Below are positions 20,175 through 29,600 of a DNA stretch of 64,000 bases, one piece after another. Under the pieces are notes generated by a model that was given only the letters and a program-made list of their open reading frames with translations, did not search any database and was not told where the DNA came from. Position numbers and translations under genes: made by a program. Location of the stretch: contig JBEKRC010000001.1 of NCBI GenBank assembly GCA_049997875.1, forward strand, positions 236,609-300,608, given 5' to 3'. This stretch comes from Minisyncoccia bacterium (GTDB taxonomy: Bacteria > Patescibacteriota > Minisyncoccia > UBA6257 > 2-01-FULL-56-20). Position 1 is the stretch's first letter. Each line of letters begins with the position of its first letter.

Positions 20175-20726
20175 ATGCTTTTCCTCTGGATTGTCTTAAT
20201 CATTGTTGTCATTGTTATCCTGTGGCTTGTTCTTGCGTACAACGGGCTTGTTCGCACGCGGAACCAGGCGCAGGAAGCGTGGTCCGACATTGACGTCCAA
20301 TTGAAGCGGCGGTACGACCTTATCCCGAACCTCATGGAGACGGTGAAGGGCTATGCCGCGCACGAAAAGACGGTGTTTGAGGACGTGACGCAGGCGCGTT
20401 CACAGGCAATGCAGGCGACGGGCACAGCGAAGGCCGGCGCGGAAAACCAGCTCTCCGGAGCTTTGAAATCATTGTTCGCGGTCGCGGAAAATTATCCGCA
20501 ACTCAAAGCGAACGAGAATTTCTTGGACTTGCAGGGCCAGTTGACGGACACTGAAGACAAGATTCAGGCCGCGCGCCGCTTCTACAACGGCATGGTCCGC
20601 GACCTGAACATAAAGATCCAAGTTTTCCCGACGAACATGTTCGCGAACGCGTTCGGCTTCAAGCAGATGGATTTCTTCGGCGACCTCACGGAAGCCGAGA
20701 AACAGCCGGTGCAGGTGAAGTTCTAA
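20175..20726 (+). CDS. LemA family protein
   Basis: N-terminal TM helix, then LAYNGLVRTRNQAQEAWSDIDVQLKRRYDLIPNL and RRFYNG blocks of LemA. Confidence 0.7.
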   Translation: MLFLWIVLIIVVIVILWLVLAYNGLVRTRNQAQEAWSDIDVQLKRRYDLIPNLMETVKGYAAHEKTVFEDVTQARSQAMQATGTAKAGAENQLSGALKSLFAVAENYPQLKANENFLDLQGQLTDTEDKIQAARRFYNGMVRDLNIKIQVFPTNMFANAFGFKQMDFFGDLTEAEKQPVQVKF

Positions 20727-21427
20727 CGGCCAACACCTGCCATACGTTGGGCGTTAATGGTGCTATAAAAAAACGAGCCCAGAGGATCTTTTCCCTGGGC
20801 TTTGGGGGCATGCATCTCGGCTTTCTCGATCGCGTTTCTCCTTGGCGAGCTGGGCGAGGGAGGAGATGGACGATACGGCGCTTTGTATATGCGTATGCGC
20901 TTTGCCGTGTCTTTTACAACCTCCTTCAACTGGTCGTCCGAGGGTTCCTCGTCCAATATCTGCCCGAGGTTCTTCTCCATGCTGTGGAGCTGGAGCCAGA
21001 GAGACCTCCAGTGTCCCATGTCATTTTTATTTTTACTGGAGGCGATACCAGGGCATTCTTCCTTCCGAAGCTTTCCTAGAATGCATCCCGGTACCTTTTC
21101 GCTGAGTGTGTCGAGGGCCGCTAGGTGCGCGATGACCATGTCGCCCATCCCCCGCGCAGCGAGGTCGGTCTTTTCAACGAACTCACAATACGCCTTCTCA
21201 ATTTCGCTCTGCGAAGATGTGGGCTTGTCCACCAGTCCTTTGAGAGTGGCGAAGCTTTCTCGGAAAGCTTTACTTGCCTTCCCATAAGCCTCAAGATCCT
21301 CTTGGAAAGATTCGAGCGCTCCGTCGCTCTCATCCCAAACGGTGATTTGAGCAACCGCTCGAACGGGTGGCCCCCACATCAACAACGCAGCAGTCACTAT
21401 CATCCAACAAGAAAGATGTTTTTCCAT
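20723..21427 (-). CDS. Hypothetical secreted protein
   Basis: Signal-peptide-like N-terminus (MIVTAALLMWGPPVRAVA). No recognisable domain; Pro/Ser-rich C-terminus. Confidence 0.35.
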   Translation of the reverse strand: MEKHLSCWMIVTAALLMWGPPVRAVAQITVWDESDGALESFQEDLEAYGKASKAFRESFATLKGLVDKPTSSQSEIEKAYCEFVEKTDLAARGMGDMVIAHLAALDTLSEKVPGCILGKLRKEECPGIASSKNKNDMGHWRSLWLQLHSMEKNLGQILDEEPSDDQLKEVVKDTAKRIRIYKAPYRPSPPSPSSPRRNAIEKAEMHAPKAQGKDPLGSFFYSTINAQRMAGVGR

Positions 21428-21570
21428 TGCCTCTCACCTCTTCGATAAGATAGATTTGACGCGTAGCACCTTACGCTACTGCCCATATTATGCATGAATT
21501 TTCAAAAAAATCAAGTCGGCGATTAGTTTTACTTTTTTCGTGTTTCCGTCGTATTATAGATATACCGTTT

Positions 21571-22482
21571 ATGGCTAATCTTTACACGTATCAATCTGCG
21601 AACGTCCGCAGAACATGGGTTTTGTTCGTGGTATTTTTCGTCGTGGTCGTGGGTATCGGGTATGTTTTCTCGCAGGCGTACGGTGATCCGAGCTTCATTG
21701 TGTTCGCGCTGATCTTCAGCGTCGTCTATTCGCTCATCAGCTACTATTCTTCCGCGGCCATTGCGCTTTCGCTCGCGCGCGCGAAGCCCATTGAGAAAAG
21801 CGACAATCCGATGCTCTACAATATTGTGGAAAATCTTTGCATCGCCTCGGGCCTGCCGATGCCGAAACTCTACCTCACGCCCGAGATGCAGATCAATGCG
21901 TTTGCGACCGGGCGCGACCCGCAGCATGCGGCGGTCGCGGTCACGCAGGGCGCGCTCGCGCGCCTGAATAAGGACGAGCTGCAAGGAGTGCTTGCCCACG
22001 AGCTTTCGCACGTGGGCAACCGCGACATCCTTGTATCCACCGTCGCCGCGATCCTCGCCGGTATCATCGCGCTCATCGCCGACCTCTTTTTGCGGTCGCT
22101 TTTCATGGGGGGCATGGGACTTGGCGGCGGGCGGCGTGGCGGTAATAGCGAGTCCGGAGAAATATTTTTCATTTTCGCGATCGTGCTCTCAATTTTGGCG
22201 CCGATTGGTACGATGTTGATTCAGCTTGCGATCTCGCGCCGCCGTGAGGCGCTTGCGGATGCTTCGGGCGTGCTCCTTACGCGCTATCCCGAGGGGTTGA
22301 TCTCGGCATTAGAGAAGATTGGGCAGGACAACGTGCCTATGCGTTCCGCGAAGGATTCCACCGCGCATATGTGGCTTGATAATCCCTTTAAGGGCTCGCA
22401 GACCTCGTGGTGGCACAAGCTTTTCATGACCCATCCGCCGATTGAGGAGCGGATCGCCGCGCTCCGCGCGCTTTCAGTCTAA
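21571..22482 (+). CDS. htpX: HtpX-like M48 zinc metalloprotease
   Basis: HELSHV zinc motif, four TM segments, MTHPPIEERI C-terminus. Start moved to MANLYTYQ. Confidence 0.75.
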   Translation: MANLYTYQSANVRRTWVLFVVFFVVVVGIGYVFSQAYGDPSFIVFALIFSVVYSLISYYSSAAIALSLARAKPIEKSDNPMLYNIVENLCIASGLPMPKLYLTPEMQINAFATGRDPQHAAVAVTQGALARLNKDELQGVLAHELSHVGNRDILVSTVAAILAGIIALIADLFLRSLFMGGMGLGGGRRGGNSESGEIFFIFAIVLSILAPIGTMLIQLAISRRREALADASGVLLTRYPEGLISALEKIGQDNVPMRSAKDSTAHMWLDNPFKGSQTSWWHKLFMTHPPIEERIAALRALSV

Positions 22483-22488
22483 CGAACC

Positions 22489-23181
22489 ATGCGATACTCG
22501 TTCGGAAAAACAGTGGTGGTGGCCCTCGGCGGCTCTATTGTTTATCCGGACGAGATTGATACGGTATTCGTCAAACAATTCAAAAGATTTGTGGCGTCGT
22601 TCCTTCGTCGCGGCATGAAGTTTGTGCTCGTACTTGGCGGCGGCAAGCTGTGCCGCAATTTTCAGGCAGCGGCCGGGAAGATAGCAAAGGTGACCAACGA
22701 GGATAAAGATTGGATCGGCATCCATGCAACGCGTCTCAATGCTCATCTCTTGCGCACCATCTTCCGCGAGATTGCGGACCCGGTGATTGTTGACGCGCGT
22801 GTGAAGGTGAGGAAGCCAAGGTACCCGATTACGATTGCTTCGGGCTGGCGGCCTGGCTGGTCCACGGATTACGTCGCAATTCGCGTCGCGGCGGATCTTG
22901 GCGTACGCGAAGTTGTCGTCGCAGGGAAACCCGCGCATGTGTACGACAAAGACCACGCGAAGCATGCTGACGCGAAACCGTTCCACGCGCTCACATGGCG
23001 CGAGTATCGGCGGCTCATCCCGCGGAAGTGGAAGCCGGGCCTCCACGCGCCGGTTGATCCCGTGGGTGCCGCGCTCGCCGCGCGCGAGGGCGTGAAAGCG
23101 ATCATCATAGACGGCCGCAATCTCCCGAACTTCCGCGGCCTCTTGAACGGAAAGGATTTTCAGGGCACAATAATCGGGTAG
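22489..23181 (+). CDS. pyrH: UMP kinase, archaeal/short type (amino-acid kinase fold)
   Basis: VVALGGSIV ... LVLGGGKL ... ITIASGW amino-acid kinase blocks in a ~230 aa protein. Confidence 0.55.
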   Translation: MRYSFGKTVVVALGGSIVYPDEIDTVFVKQFKRFVASFLRRGMKFVLVLGGGKLCRNFQAAAGKIAKVTNEDKDWIGIHATRLNAHLLRTIFREIADPVIVDARVKVRKPRYPITIASGWRPGWSTDYVAIRVAADLGVREVVVAGKPAHVYDKDHAKHADAKPFHALTWREYRRLIPRKWKPGLHAPVDPVGAALAAREGVKAIIIDGRNLPNFRGLLNGKDFQGTIIG

Positions 23182-23195
23182 TTTTGAAGACCAAC

Positions 23196-23280
23196 GGAGG
23201 CGTCGCATAGTGGCCTAGTGCACGCGCTTGGAGAGCGCGCATGCCGAAAGGCATCAGAGGTTCGAATCCTCTCGCCTCCG
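23196..23280 (+). tRNA. tRNA-Ser (anticodon GGA), class II with long variable arm
   Basis: Manual fold: acceptor GGAGGCG/CGCCTCC, anticodon loop TTGGAGA, variable hairpin ATGCC-GAAA-GGCAT, T-arm AGAGG-TTCGAAT-CCTCT. CCA not encoded. Confidence 0.85.
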
Positions 23281-23359
23281 CGGAATTGAGCACTAGTTCG
23301 AGAGACCGCCCCGCCCATGGTGGCAGGGCGACCAAGGCGCATTAAGCTATAATAGAGAT

Positions 23360-23800
23360 ATGACCATTCCTGATTCGAGCGTTCGGAAGATAGTGAATTT
23401 TTTGAAAATTTTCTACCTCGTAATCGGCTGTCTAATGATTCTTCTTTTAATCCCTCTATACATCACCCTTCAGGGTGTTCCCAAGACCGAGCCGATTTCA
23501 GCAGCGCTGAATCCCGCCATTTTTCTCTCGAATATCGCTACAGGCTTGTATTATCTGGTCATTTTCTTCCTATTACGCAGCAAACGCTCTTGGGTTCCCA
23601 TCGTGATGGTTGTATTGAGTGCCGCCTCACTATTAGACATTGCGAGACCTCTGATTAACGGAATTGTAAATTACCCCATCTATTATGCGGACTGGCTTTT
23701 CCGATGGACGCCGCCTTTCTATATTTTGGCGGCTTGTCTGCTCATCTTCCAAATCTATTTTTTCTTACAATCAGGAGTTAAGAATTACTTTAAGAGCTAG
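23360..23800 (+). CDS. Hypothetical integral membrane protein (4 TM)
   Basis: Four hydrophobic helices; AT-richer than flanking genes; first gene after tRNA-Ser. Confidence 0.35.
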   Translation: MTIPDSSVRKIVNFLKIFYLVIGCLMILLLIPLYITLQGVPKTEPISAALNPAIFLSNIATGLYYLVIFFLLRSKRSWVPIVMVVLSAASLLDIARPLINGIVNYPIYYADWLFRWTPPFYILAACLLIFQIYFFLQSGVKNYFKS

Positions 23801-23929
23801 CGACCTACCCACCTCAAACGGCTCGCTTTCTAAAAGCCTGTAAAGGCTTACTAGATATCGGTTCTAGACCGGGACACACCGCAAGTCAGTCGCCTTTTGA
23901 CGAGGGCGGTTTTTTGGTAGAGTAGGAAT

Positions 23930-24472
23930 ATGAAGGTCAAAACATTCGGCGGAAAGAAACTGGCGATTAGGACGATGAGAAACGCAGACCTTACGAGGGC
24001 AAGGGATTTTCAATCTTTCATCAACTCTCTTGTTGGGGAAGACGTGAAGATTTTGATTGATAAGAAAATGACACTGAAAGACGAAGCGGAGTTTCTGCGC
24101 AAGGCGCTAAAGGGAGTCAAGAAGAGAACGAGGGTTCAACTCGTTGCCGAGCACGGGGATAAGATTGTCGGCGTGGCGCACGTTGAGCTCGGAAGATACA
24201 AGAAGAACCACATAGGCAATTTCGGCATTTCAATCATCGGCGGTTATAGGGGCTTGGGTTTGGGCAGTTGCTTGACGTCCGAACTTATTAAGTTAGCCCG
24301 GAAGGAACTGAAGCCGAGGCCAAAAATCATTCAATTGGAAGTCTACGCCAACAACAAGCCGGCGATAGGCCTGTATAAGAAGATGGGCTTTAAAACGGTA
24401 GCTCGGCTGCCAAAGCAAATTCAACACAAAGGGAAACTGGTTGATGCATTGATAATGCTAAAGTATGCGTAG
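23930..24472 (+). CDS. GNAT family N-acetyltransferase
   Basis: Acetyl-CoA binding block (IVGVAHVEL ... GGYRGLGLGSCL ... GFKTV). TAGAGT -10-like box upstream. Confidence 0.65.
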   Translation: MKVKTFGGKKLAIRTMRNADLTRARDFQSFINSLVGEDVKILIDKKMTLKDEAEFLRKALKGVKKRTRVQLVAEHGDKIVGVAHVELGRYKKNHIGNFGISIIGGYRGLGLGSCLTSELIKLARKELKPRPKIIQLEVYANNKPAIGLYKKMGFKTVARLPKQIQHKGKLVDALIMLKYA

Positions 24473-24513
24473 AGGAAGTTGCCGGGAGACCTTGCGTTTC
24501 ATATAATGCGAGT

Positions 24514-24912
24514 ATGCCAAAACATTCGCACATAGAGGAACCCCAAGGGTTGCCGGAGGAGTTGCCCGGCTACGCAGAATATCTGGCGAAAGAAGGAGAA
24601 TTTCCGCCGGAACTCGCGCCGTACCCGATTGGAGGCAAATTTGAGATACCAAAAAAAGGGGAACTTGCGAGGGAAGGGGCGCTTGAAAGAATTTTCATTT
24701 GTCGGTATTACCCCCGTTGCAAGGGGAAGCAGCCGTTTAGCTTGAGGATCACGGATTTCGATACCCCTTCTGGCACCCCAGTAACCAGGTGCCAGTGCAA
24801 TCTGAACCCGCGGCATCGCTGGGCAATTCAGTGGGATTCCAGGGAGCTGGAGAGCGGGCGCGTTATTGAAGATCCCGACGCGCCGGCGTTTGAATTTTCG
24901 GAACAGTCCTAG
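24514..24912 (+). CDS. Hypothetical acidic protein with CxxxxxC...CxC cysteine cluster
   Basis: 132 aa, no recognised domain. CRYYPRC ... CQC possible zinc ribbon. 3' end overlaps the convergent ATP-grasp gene by 4 nt. Confidence 0.3.
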   Translation: MPKHSHIEEPQGLPEELPGYAEYLAKEGEFPPELAPYPIGGKFEIPKKGELAREGALERIFICRYYPRCKGKQPFSLRITDFDTPSGTPVTRCQCNLNPRHRWAIQWDSRELESGRVIEDPDAPAFEFSEQS

Positions 24913-26090
24913 CGCTGGTTGGTTTGACCGCCGCGTGCGCCGTCTGCGCTGCGTCCGCCGCCGAAGCGTGCAAGCGCGAAATCTACGAGTGCATCAGCGA
25001 CTTCGTTCTCTGCTTCGCCGTTTTTCCTGAACGTGTGAATGAGGATGTTCGGGAGGGTGTTGAGTTCCAGGATTGCGGCGGTTTGGCCCTTGAGCGGTCG
25101 CGCGTGATCGCGAAGAAGGATGTCAATACCGACGAGCGGCAGGCGGAAGTGTTTTGCAATGGCGCGGCCCATGGCGACGATGTCGCGATGCACTTCGGCA
25201 ATGGGAACCTTTTCTATTTTTGATCCAAGCGCGAGGATGGCCTTGCGCTGGAGGAATATCTTTTTTCCCTTTGCGATGAGCGAATCAAGGCCGACCCCTT
25301 GTTCTTCGAGAACGGTCTTGTCAAGATTTTTTTGATTGAATTTTATTTTGCGGATGAGCGCTCGGAGCGTGCTTTTCCCGTCGCCCATGACCTCGGCGGG
25401 GAGGCGCTTCACGACGAACATTTCCTTGCCGTCCACGATCGTGATGCGGTAGAGCGTGGCGTCGGGAACGAATTTTTCCACCATGAAGACTGGGGAGTAT
25501 GCGTTCACACCGCGGAGCGCCGGCAGGAGTTCGGAGGCGCTCTTTACGATGAAGAGATGCTGGCTCAACGATCCCTTGCGCGGTTTTACGACGACGGGGT
25601 ATTCCAGCGTTGCCGCGTAGCGCGCCGCTTTGCGTTTTTGGAACCACCAGAAGGACCTTCCCGTCGCGACCGGATAGCCCAGCGTGCGGAGCGCTTTTTT
25701 CGTGTGCCATTTGTCGTCCGCAGCGAGGGAGTTCGCGGAGGCGCCGGGAAGGCGGTCAAATTCGTACGACCGCCCTCCGATGCGCATCCGGAAAAACGTG
25801 AGATAGCCGAAAGGGCCCCGCAGGGCTTCAAATTCTATTCCTCTCGCCCTGCCGCGTTGTATAAAAAGCGCCGCAATGGGATTTATCTCGTTAAGCAGGA
25901 ATTCTTTTTCCTTCCGCACGATGCCGGTAAGAACAAAACAGTCGGTGATTGCCTTTTCAAAAAACTGTGAATTAAAAAAAGACGGCGTTATGCGTTCAAA
26001 GGGAGGATAGAACAGGAGTTCCAGAAGGTCGTTGAACCAGTTCTCAAAGTGCCGCGGCGGGAACGGAAAGCAATGTTCGCAATATGCCAT
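24909..26090 (-). CDS. ATP-grasp ligase (cyanophycin-synthetase N-domain / RimK-like)
   Basis: YPVVVKPRKGSLSQHLFIV, VMVEKFVPDATLYRITIVDGK, VMGDGKSTLRALI, VGIDIL, ILELNTLPN. Matches the ATP-grasp fold with the GDGxxT motif seen in CphA-like enzymes. Confidence 0.55.
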   Translation of the reverse strand: MAYCEHCFPFPPRHFENWFNDLLELLFYPPFERITPSFFNSQFFEKAITDCFVLTGIVRKEKEFLLNEINPIAALFIQRGRARGIEFEALRGPFGYLTFFRMRIGGRSYEFDRLPGASANSLAADDKWHTKKALRTLGYPVATGRSFWWFQKRKAARYAATLEYPVVVKPRKGSLSQHLFIVKSASELLPALRGVNAYSPVFMVEKFVPDATLYRITIVDGKEMFVVKRLPAEVMGDGKSTLRALIRKIKFNQKNLDKTVLEEQGVGLDSLIAKGKKIFLQRKAILALGSKIEKVPIAEVHRDIVAMGRAIAKHFRLPLVGIDILLRDHARPLKGQTAAILELNTLPNILIHTFRKNGEAENEVADALVDFALARFGGGRSADGARGGQTNQR

Positions 26091-26148
26091 GCGTTATGAT
26101 GGTATTCTTGCAGTTTCCGCGGCGGCTGTAAATCTGCTCTCTGCGAAT

Positions 26149-27690
26149 CTACGCGAACCCTGGGAAGAAGTCGGTTTTGATGTGGCGGCCGGGAATATGC
26201 ATCTCACGGAGCGTTTCGCGGAGCGAAGTCACCATCGCGCGTGTCCCGGAAATATAAAAAGTCCGGTCGCGATAATCAGGGATTGCCTTTGCGATAAGGT
26301 TGGCATTGATGCGCCCACGGTAGAGGCCTTCCGGAAGCGGCCCGTCGGCGCCCGTCACAGTGTAGATGGTGCGGAGCCCGATCGTGCGTGCCGCCTCGTC
26401 AAATATTTCTGGGTACGAAATCTCGTCCGCCGTGCGGTTGGAATAAAAGAGCACGATATCCCGCTTTTCTTCACGGTCCACGAGATATTTGACCATGCTG
26501 CGGAAGGGCGTGATGCCGATGCCACCGGCGAGGAAGACAAGTTTTCTGTGTTTATCTTTCGGCAGCACAAAATCTCCCGCGAGTTGGCCGCCCACAATTT
26601 CGTCGCCCGGCTGCAGGGTGAGCATGCGCTTTTTGAAACTGCTCGAGGACTCGTAAAATTTCACGCCGAGGTGCAGGGCGGGCTCGGTGGGCGACGAGGC
26701 GACGGTGAAGTAACGCCGGTTGCCGCGGCTGTCGCTTTTTTTATGCCCCAAAGTCCACTCCATGTATTGGCCGGGGCGGAAAGAGATCGGTCCGTCCGTC
26801 GCGAACGCGAAATCGTACGTACTGGTACCAGCCGGCACTTTCTTTTTGAGTGAGAACACGTATTTCCCCTTCGGGCTTATGAAATAGGAAAAAACGTTGC
26901 CAACAAGGAGCGCGAGTTCCGGTGTGGAATAAACGGAGCCGAGATGGATTGCGGGCGCGAAGAGGAGTCCGACGAGCGCCCCGTAGGCGATTCTCCCCGT
27001 GCGCGTGGGAGGAGTCGTCAAAGGTTCCGTGAGCATCACTGATGCAAAAAAGAAAATCGGCGTATGGAGGAATATTTTTTGGAGCGTGGTCACGGGATCA
27101 GAGGTGGTGTTCGTAAGCACGGTGGTCGCGAGGCCGACGAGGAGAAAGCTAAAGACAAGATCAAATCGCCGGATTTTCCGCACGATGAGAAATCCGCCGA
27201 TCAAGACAAAGGCGAGCGTGGGCAGGTTCCCGCCGATCCACCAGTTAGCGGATTGATTGATGGTGAGCGCGGTGAGCGCGACCGCAAAGGCCGCCGGATT
27301 GAACAAGTGTTTTTTCTTGATCGCGAGCATGTATTTACATGCCATCGCCCACACCGCCGCCCAAATAAGGAACGAAAGGCCTGCCATATCGGCGATAATG
27401 CCAGAGGGCGCAACGGGAGCAATGATGAGCGCCAAAATGAGCGCCGTAATATACACCGACTCCACGTTCGGCTGTGCGCCGAAGGTTTTTGCAAAAAGCT
27501 GGTTCGTAATCCATGCGACCACAAGGAGCACTGCGGTGGAAAAGGCGATCGCAGCGGGCGAATAGGGAAGGATGCCCAGCGCACCGAATGCGGCGGCGAT
27601 TGCAAGGAACGCAGCGAGCACATAGAGCAGGAGCCGGTACATCGTGATCTGGTTGAGGAAGCTATCTATTGCGTTGAGCATATTTTTCAA
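26149..27690 (-). CDS. Membrane-bound flavoprotein oxidoreductase (polytopic TM domain fused to FNR-like FAD/NAD(P)-binding domains)
   Basis: About 260 aa N-terminal TM domain that is His-poor. C-terminal RRYFTVASS (RxYS FAD motif) and LAGGIGITPF (NAD(P) motif). Overlaps apbE by 29 nt. Confidence 0.6.
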   Translation of the reverse strand: MKNMLNAIDSFLNQITMYRLLLYVLAAFLAIAAAFGALGILPYSPAAIAFSTAVLLVVAWITNQLFAKTFGAQPNVESVYITALILALIIAPVAPSGIIADMAGLSFLIWAAVWAMACKYMLAIKKKHLFNPAAFAVALTALTINQSANWWIGGNLPTLAFVLIGGFLIVRKIRRFDLVFSFLLVGLATTVLTNTTSDPVTTLQKIFLHTPIFFFASVMLTEPLTTPPTRTGRIAYGALVGLLFAPAIHLGSVYSTPELALLVGNVFSYFISPKGKYVFSLKKKVPAGTSTYDFAFATDGPISFRPGQYMEWTLGHKKSDSRGNRRYFTVASSPTEPALHLGVKFYESSSSFKKRMLTLQPGDEIVGGQLAGDFVLPKDKHRKLVFLAGGIGITPFRSMVKYLVDREEKRDIVLFYSNRTADEISYPEIFDEAARTIGLRTIYTVTGADGPLPEGLYRGRINANLIAKAIPDYRDRTFYISGTRAMVTSLRETLREMHIPGRHIKTDFFPGFA

Positions 27691-28420
27691 ATCCTTTCGT
27701 CATGGTCGCTGTTTTGTTTCTATCTATCATATATGCTTCAAAACCATCCAGTTTCCCTATAAAACGAATGCCCGCGCGGCCCATAGCAAACGCGGCGGTC
27801 GCGAAGCGGTCCGCTTCATAGATGTCGGACGCGATGACGGTCAAACTTACGATCTCATCCGCTGCCTCACCCGTTTTGGGATTATAAATGTGCGCGCCGC
27901 GGATGTAGATTCCCGAGGTCGCGATGCCCTCGCCGCTTGCGTACACCACTTTCACATTTTCGTTCTCATTCCACGGATTCTTGATCCCCACTGCCCATTT
28001 TTTACCCTCCGCGTTCGTGCCGCGGGTTTGGATGTCGCCGCCCGCGTCCACGTAGAAATTTTTGAAGCCACGTTTTTCTATCAGGTCCGCGGCATTCCGG
28101 ATTGCCCACCCTTTTACTATTCCCGACGGATCATACGTGCCGTCCGGCCGCCGGATGTCAAAGTAGCCATCCGTGAGCTGTTTCGTCTCTTCGGCAAGCT
28201 CAAAGATCGTTTTCATGTCCTCACTCCAGTCGCGTGCGCTCAGCCGCCCTTCGTTGATCGCGGTGATCTCGCTCATGTTTTTGTAGGTGCTGATTTTTTC
28301 GTCTATATATTTGAAATAATTGAACGCCACCCGCACGGCTTCTTCCGCGCCTTTCGTGTCTGCTGCATCCGCGATCTCCACCGTGATCGGCATGCCCATA
28401 AGGATTCGTGTTTCTTTCAT
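27662..28420 (-). CDS. apbE: FAD:protein FMN transferase (ApbE/Ftp family)
   Basis: MGMPITVEI, YDPSGIVKGWA, NFYVDAGGDI and ASGIY blocks of ApbE flavin transferases. Confidence 0.75.
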   Translation of the reverse strand: MKETRILMGMPITVEIADAADTKGAEEAVRVAFNYFKYIDEKISTYKNMSEITAINEGRLSARDWSEDMKTIFELAEETKQLTDGYFDIRRPDGTYDPSGIVKGWAIRNAADLIEKRGFKNFYVDAGGDIQTRGTNAEGKKWAVGIKNPWNENENVKVVYASGEGIATSGIYIRGAHIYNPKTGEAADEIVSLTVIASDIYEADRFATAAFAMGRAGIRFIGKLDGFEAYMIDRNKTATMTKGFEKYAQRNR

Positions 28421-28450
28421 CGCTATTGTCCCGCTCGCCGCGTGCGGCAG

Positions 28451-29062
28451 CTACGCCTTTGCCGCCGCGAGCGCCGAAGCGAGCGATTGCCGGAACGCCT
28501 CGCTTGATTGCGTGGCGCCCGAGACAATATTCACATTCGCGCTCTGCGCCTTGATCGCTTCCCGCACGAGCTGTGGCATTGCGGCGTCATTGATTGAGCG
28601 CGAAGTGCCGCGGTCACTCGGATATTGCAGAACCTGTACGTCGCTTAGCTGACCGCCCTGGATAATGGCTTTCACCTGGACATCGCCGTAGTACGCGTCG
28701 GCCACACTTCCAGTGTACGAGCCGTCCTTATACATGCCGGCAGTTTGTGCCGGCGCCGGGGTTGGCGTTTGTGTTGTCGCCGGTGTCGGCGCAGGCACAG
28801 GTGCCGGCGTTGCGGTTCCTCCCTCCTCCGAGCCATTGTCCTCCGTCTGGCCCGTTGCGCCGCTGCCCGCGCTCCTTTGTGTCGGCTCGGCGGGTAAGCT
28901 CGCTGCGCTGTTCGCATTGGCGCCAGTGTTTGCCGTTATCGGCGCGCCGCTCGCGGGGCCGACGTCCACGGAAATCTGATTGTTGAGCATAACGTAAAAC
29001 GCGAACGCAATGACAAGGAAGAAAGACAAAAGGTATTTTTTCATTGGATAATTATACGACAA
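28451..29062 (-). CDS. Secreted/membrane-anchored FMN-binding domain protein (flavinylation substrate)
   Basis: N-terminal TM/signal, Thr/Pro-rich linker, FMN_bind domain with NIVSGATQSS. This is the [S/T]GAT[S/T] motif whose Thr is covalently flavinylated by ApbE. Confidence 0.65.
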   Translation of the reverse strand: MSYNYPMKKYLLSFFLVIAFAFYVMLNNQISVDVGPASGAPITANTGANANSAASLPAEPTQRSAGSGATGQTEDNGSEEGGTATPAPVPAPTPATTQTPTPAPAQTAGMYKDGSYTGSVADAYYGDVQVKAIIQGGQLSDVQVLQYPSDRGTSRSINDAAMPQLVREAIKAQSANVNIVSGATQSSEAFRQSLASALAAAKA

Positions 29063-29207
29063 GCGCGGGGGAATTGGTGCCAGTGTTCCCGTGCGCAGGA
29101 TTTAGAACTGGGTCGGATATTTATCCCAACCTGAAGCTGCAAAAGTTTGTAGATTCGGGTTGAGATGGGGCCGAGACGGCCCCATCGGTCGCAACATTCT
29201 GGCGCCG

Positions 29208-29483
29208 TCACCCAATAATTCGGTGGAAAAGATGGGTTGCCAGTGACGCCAGCGAAAGGATGATGAGGATGTTCCCTGCCCAGCGGATAGCTACAACCCA
29301 CAGTGGGCAGGGCGGTCCATTTACCACTGCGACTATCACGTTGTCGGGCGTTCTTTGGCCTGGGGGCGGGAGCATTGCATTGAATACAGTCCTTGCAATA
29401 CTGGCCGCGATCGGCCTCAATAAGATTCCGGTGGCCAGGAGGAAAACTCCCCACTTCCACGATATCTGCGAGAGAATATGCAT
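29208..29483 (-). CDS. Small two-TM membrane protein (hypothetical)
   Basis: GGGGGTG RBS 7 nt upstream of ATG; lies at the head of the FMN-bind/apbE/reductase operon. Confidence 0.3.
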   Translation of the reverse strand: MHILSQISWKWGVFLLATGILLRPIAASIARTVFNAMLPPPGQRTPDNVIVAVVNGPPCPLWVVAIRWAGNILIILSLASLATHLFHRIIG

Positions 29484-29600
29484 AGAGACACCCCCGTGTC
29501 GGCTTACTTAAGACAAATTGCTTTCCGCAGAAACTATAACTCGCGAGATTGCAAAGTCAAATGTTGCTTGACCCTGCGGAATGTGCTTCTGTACAATTGA

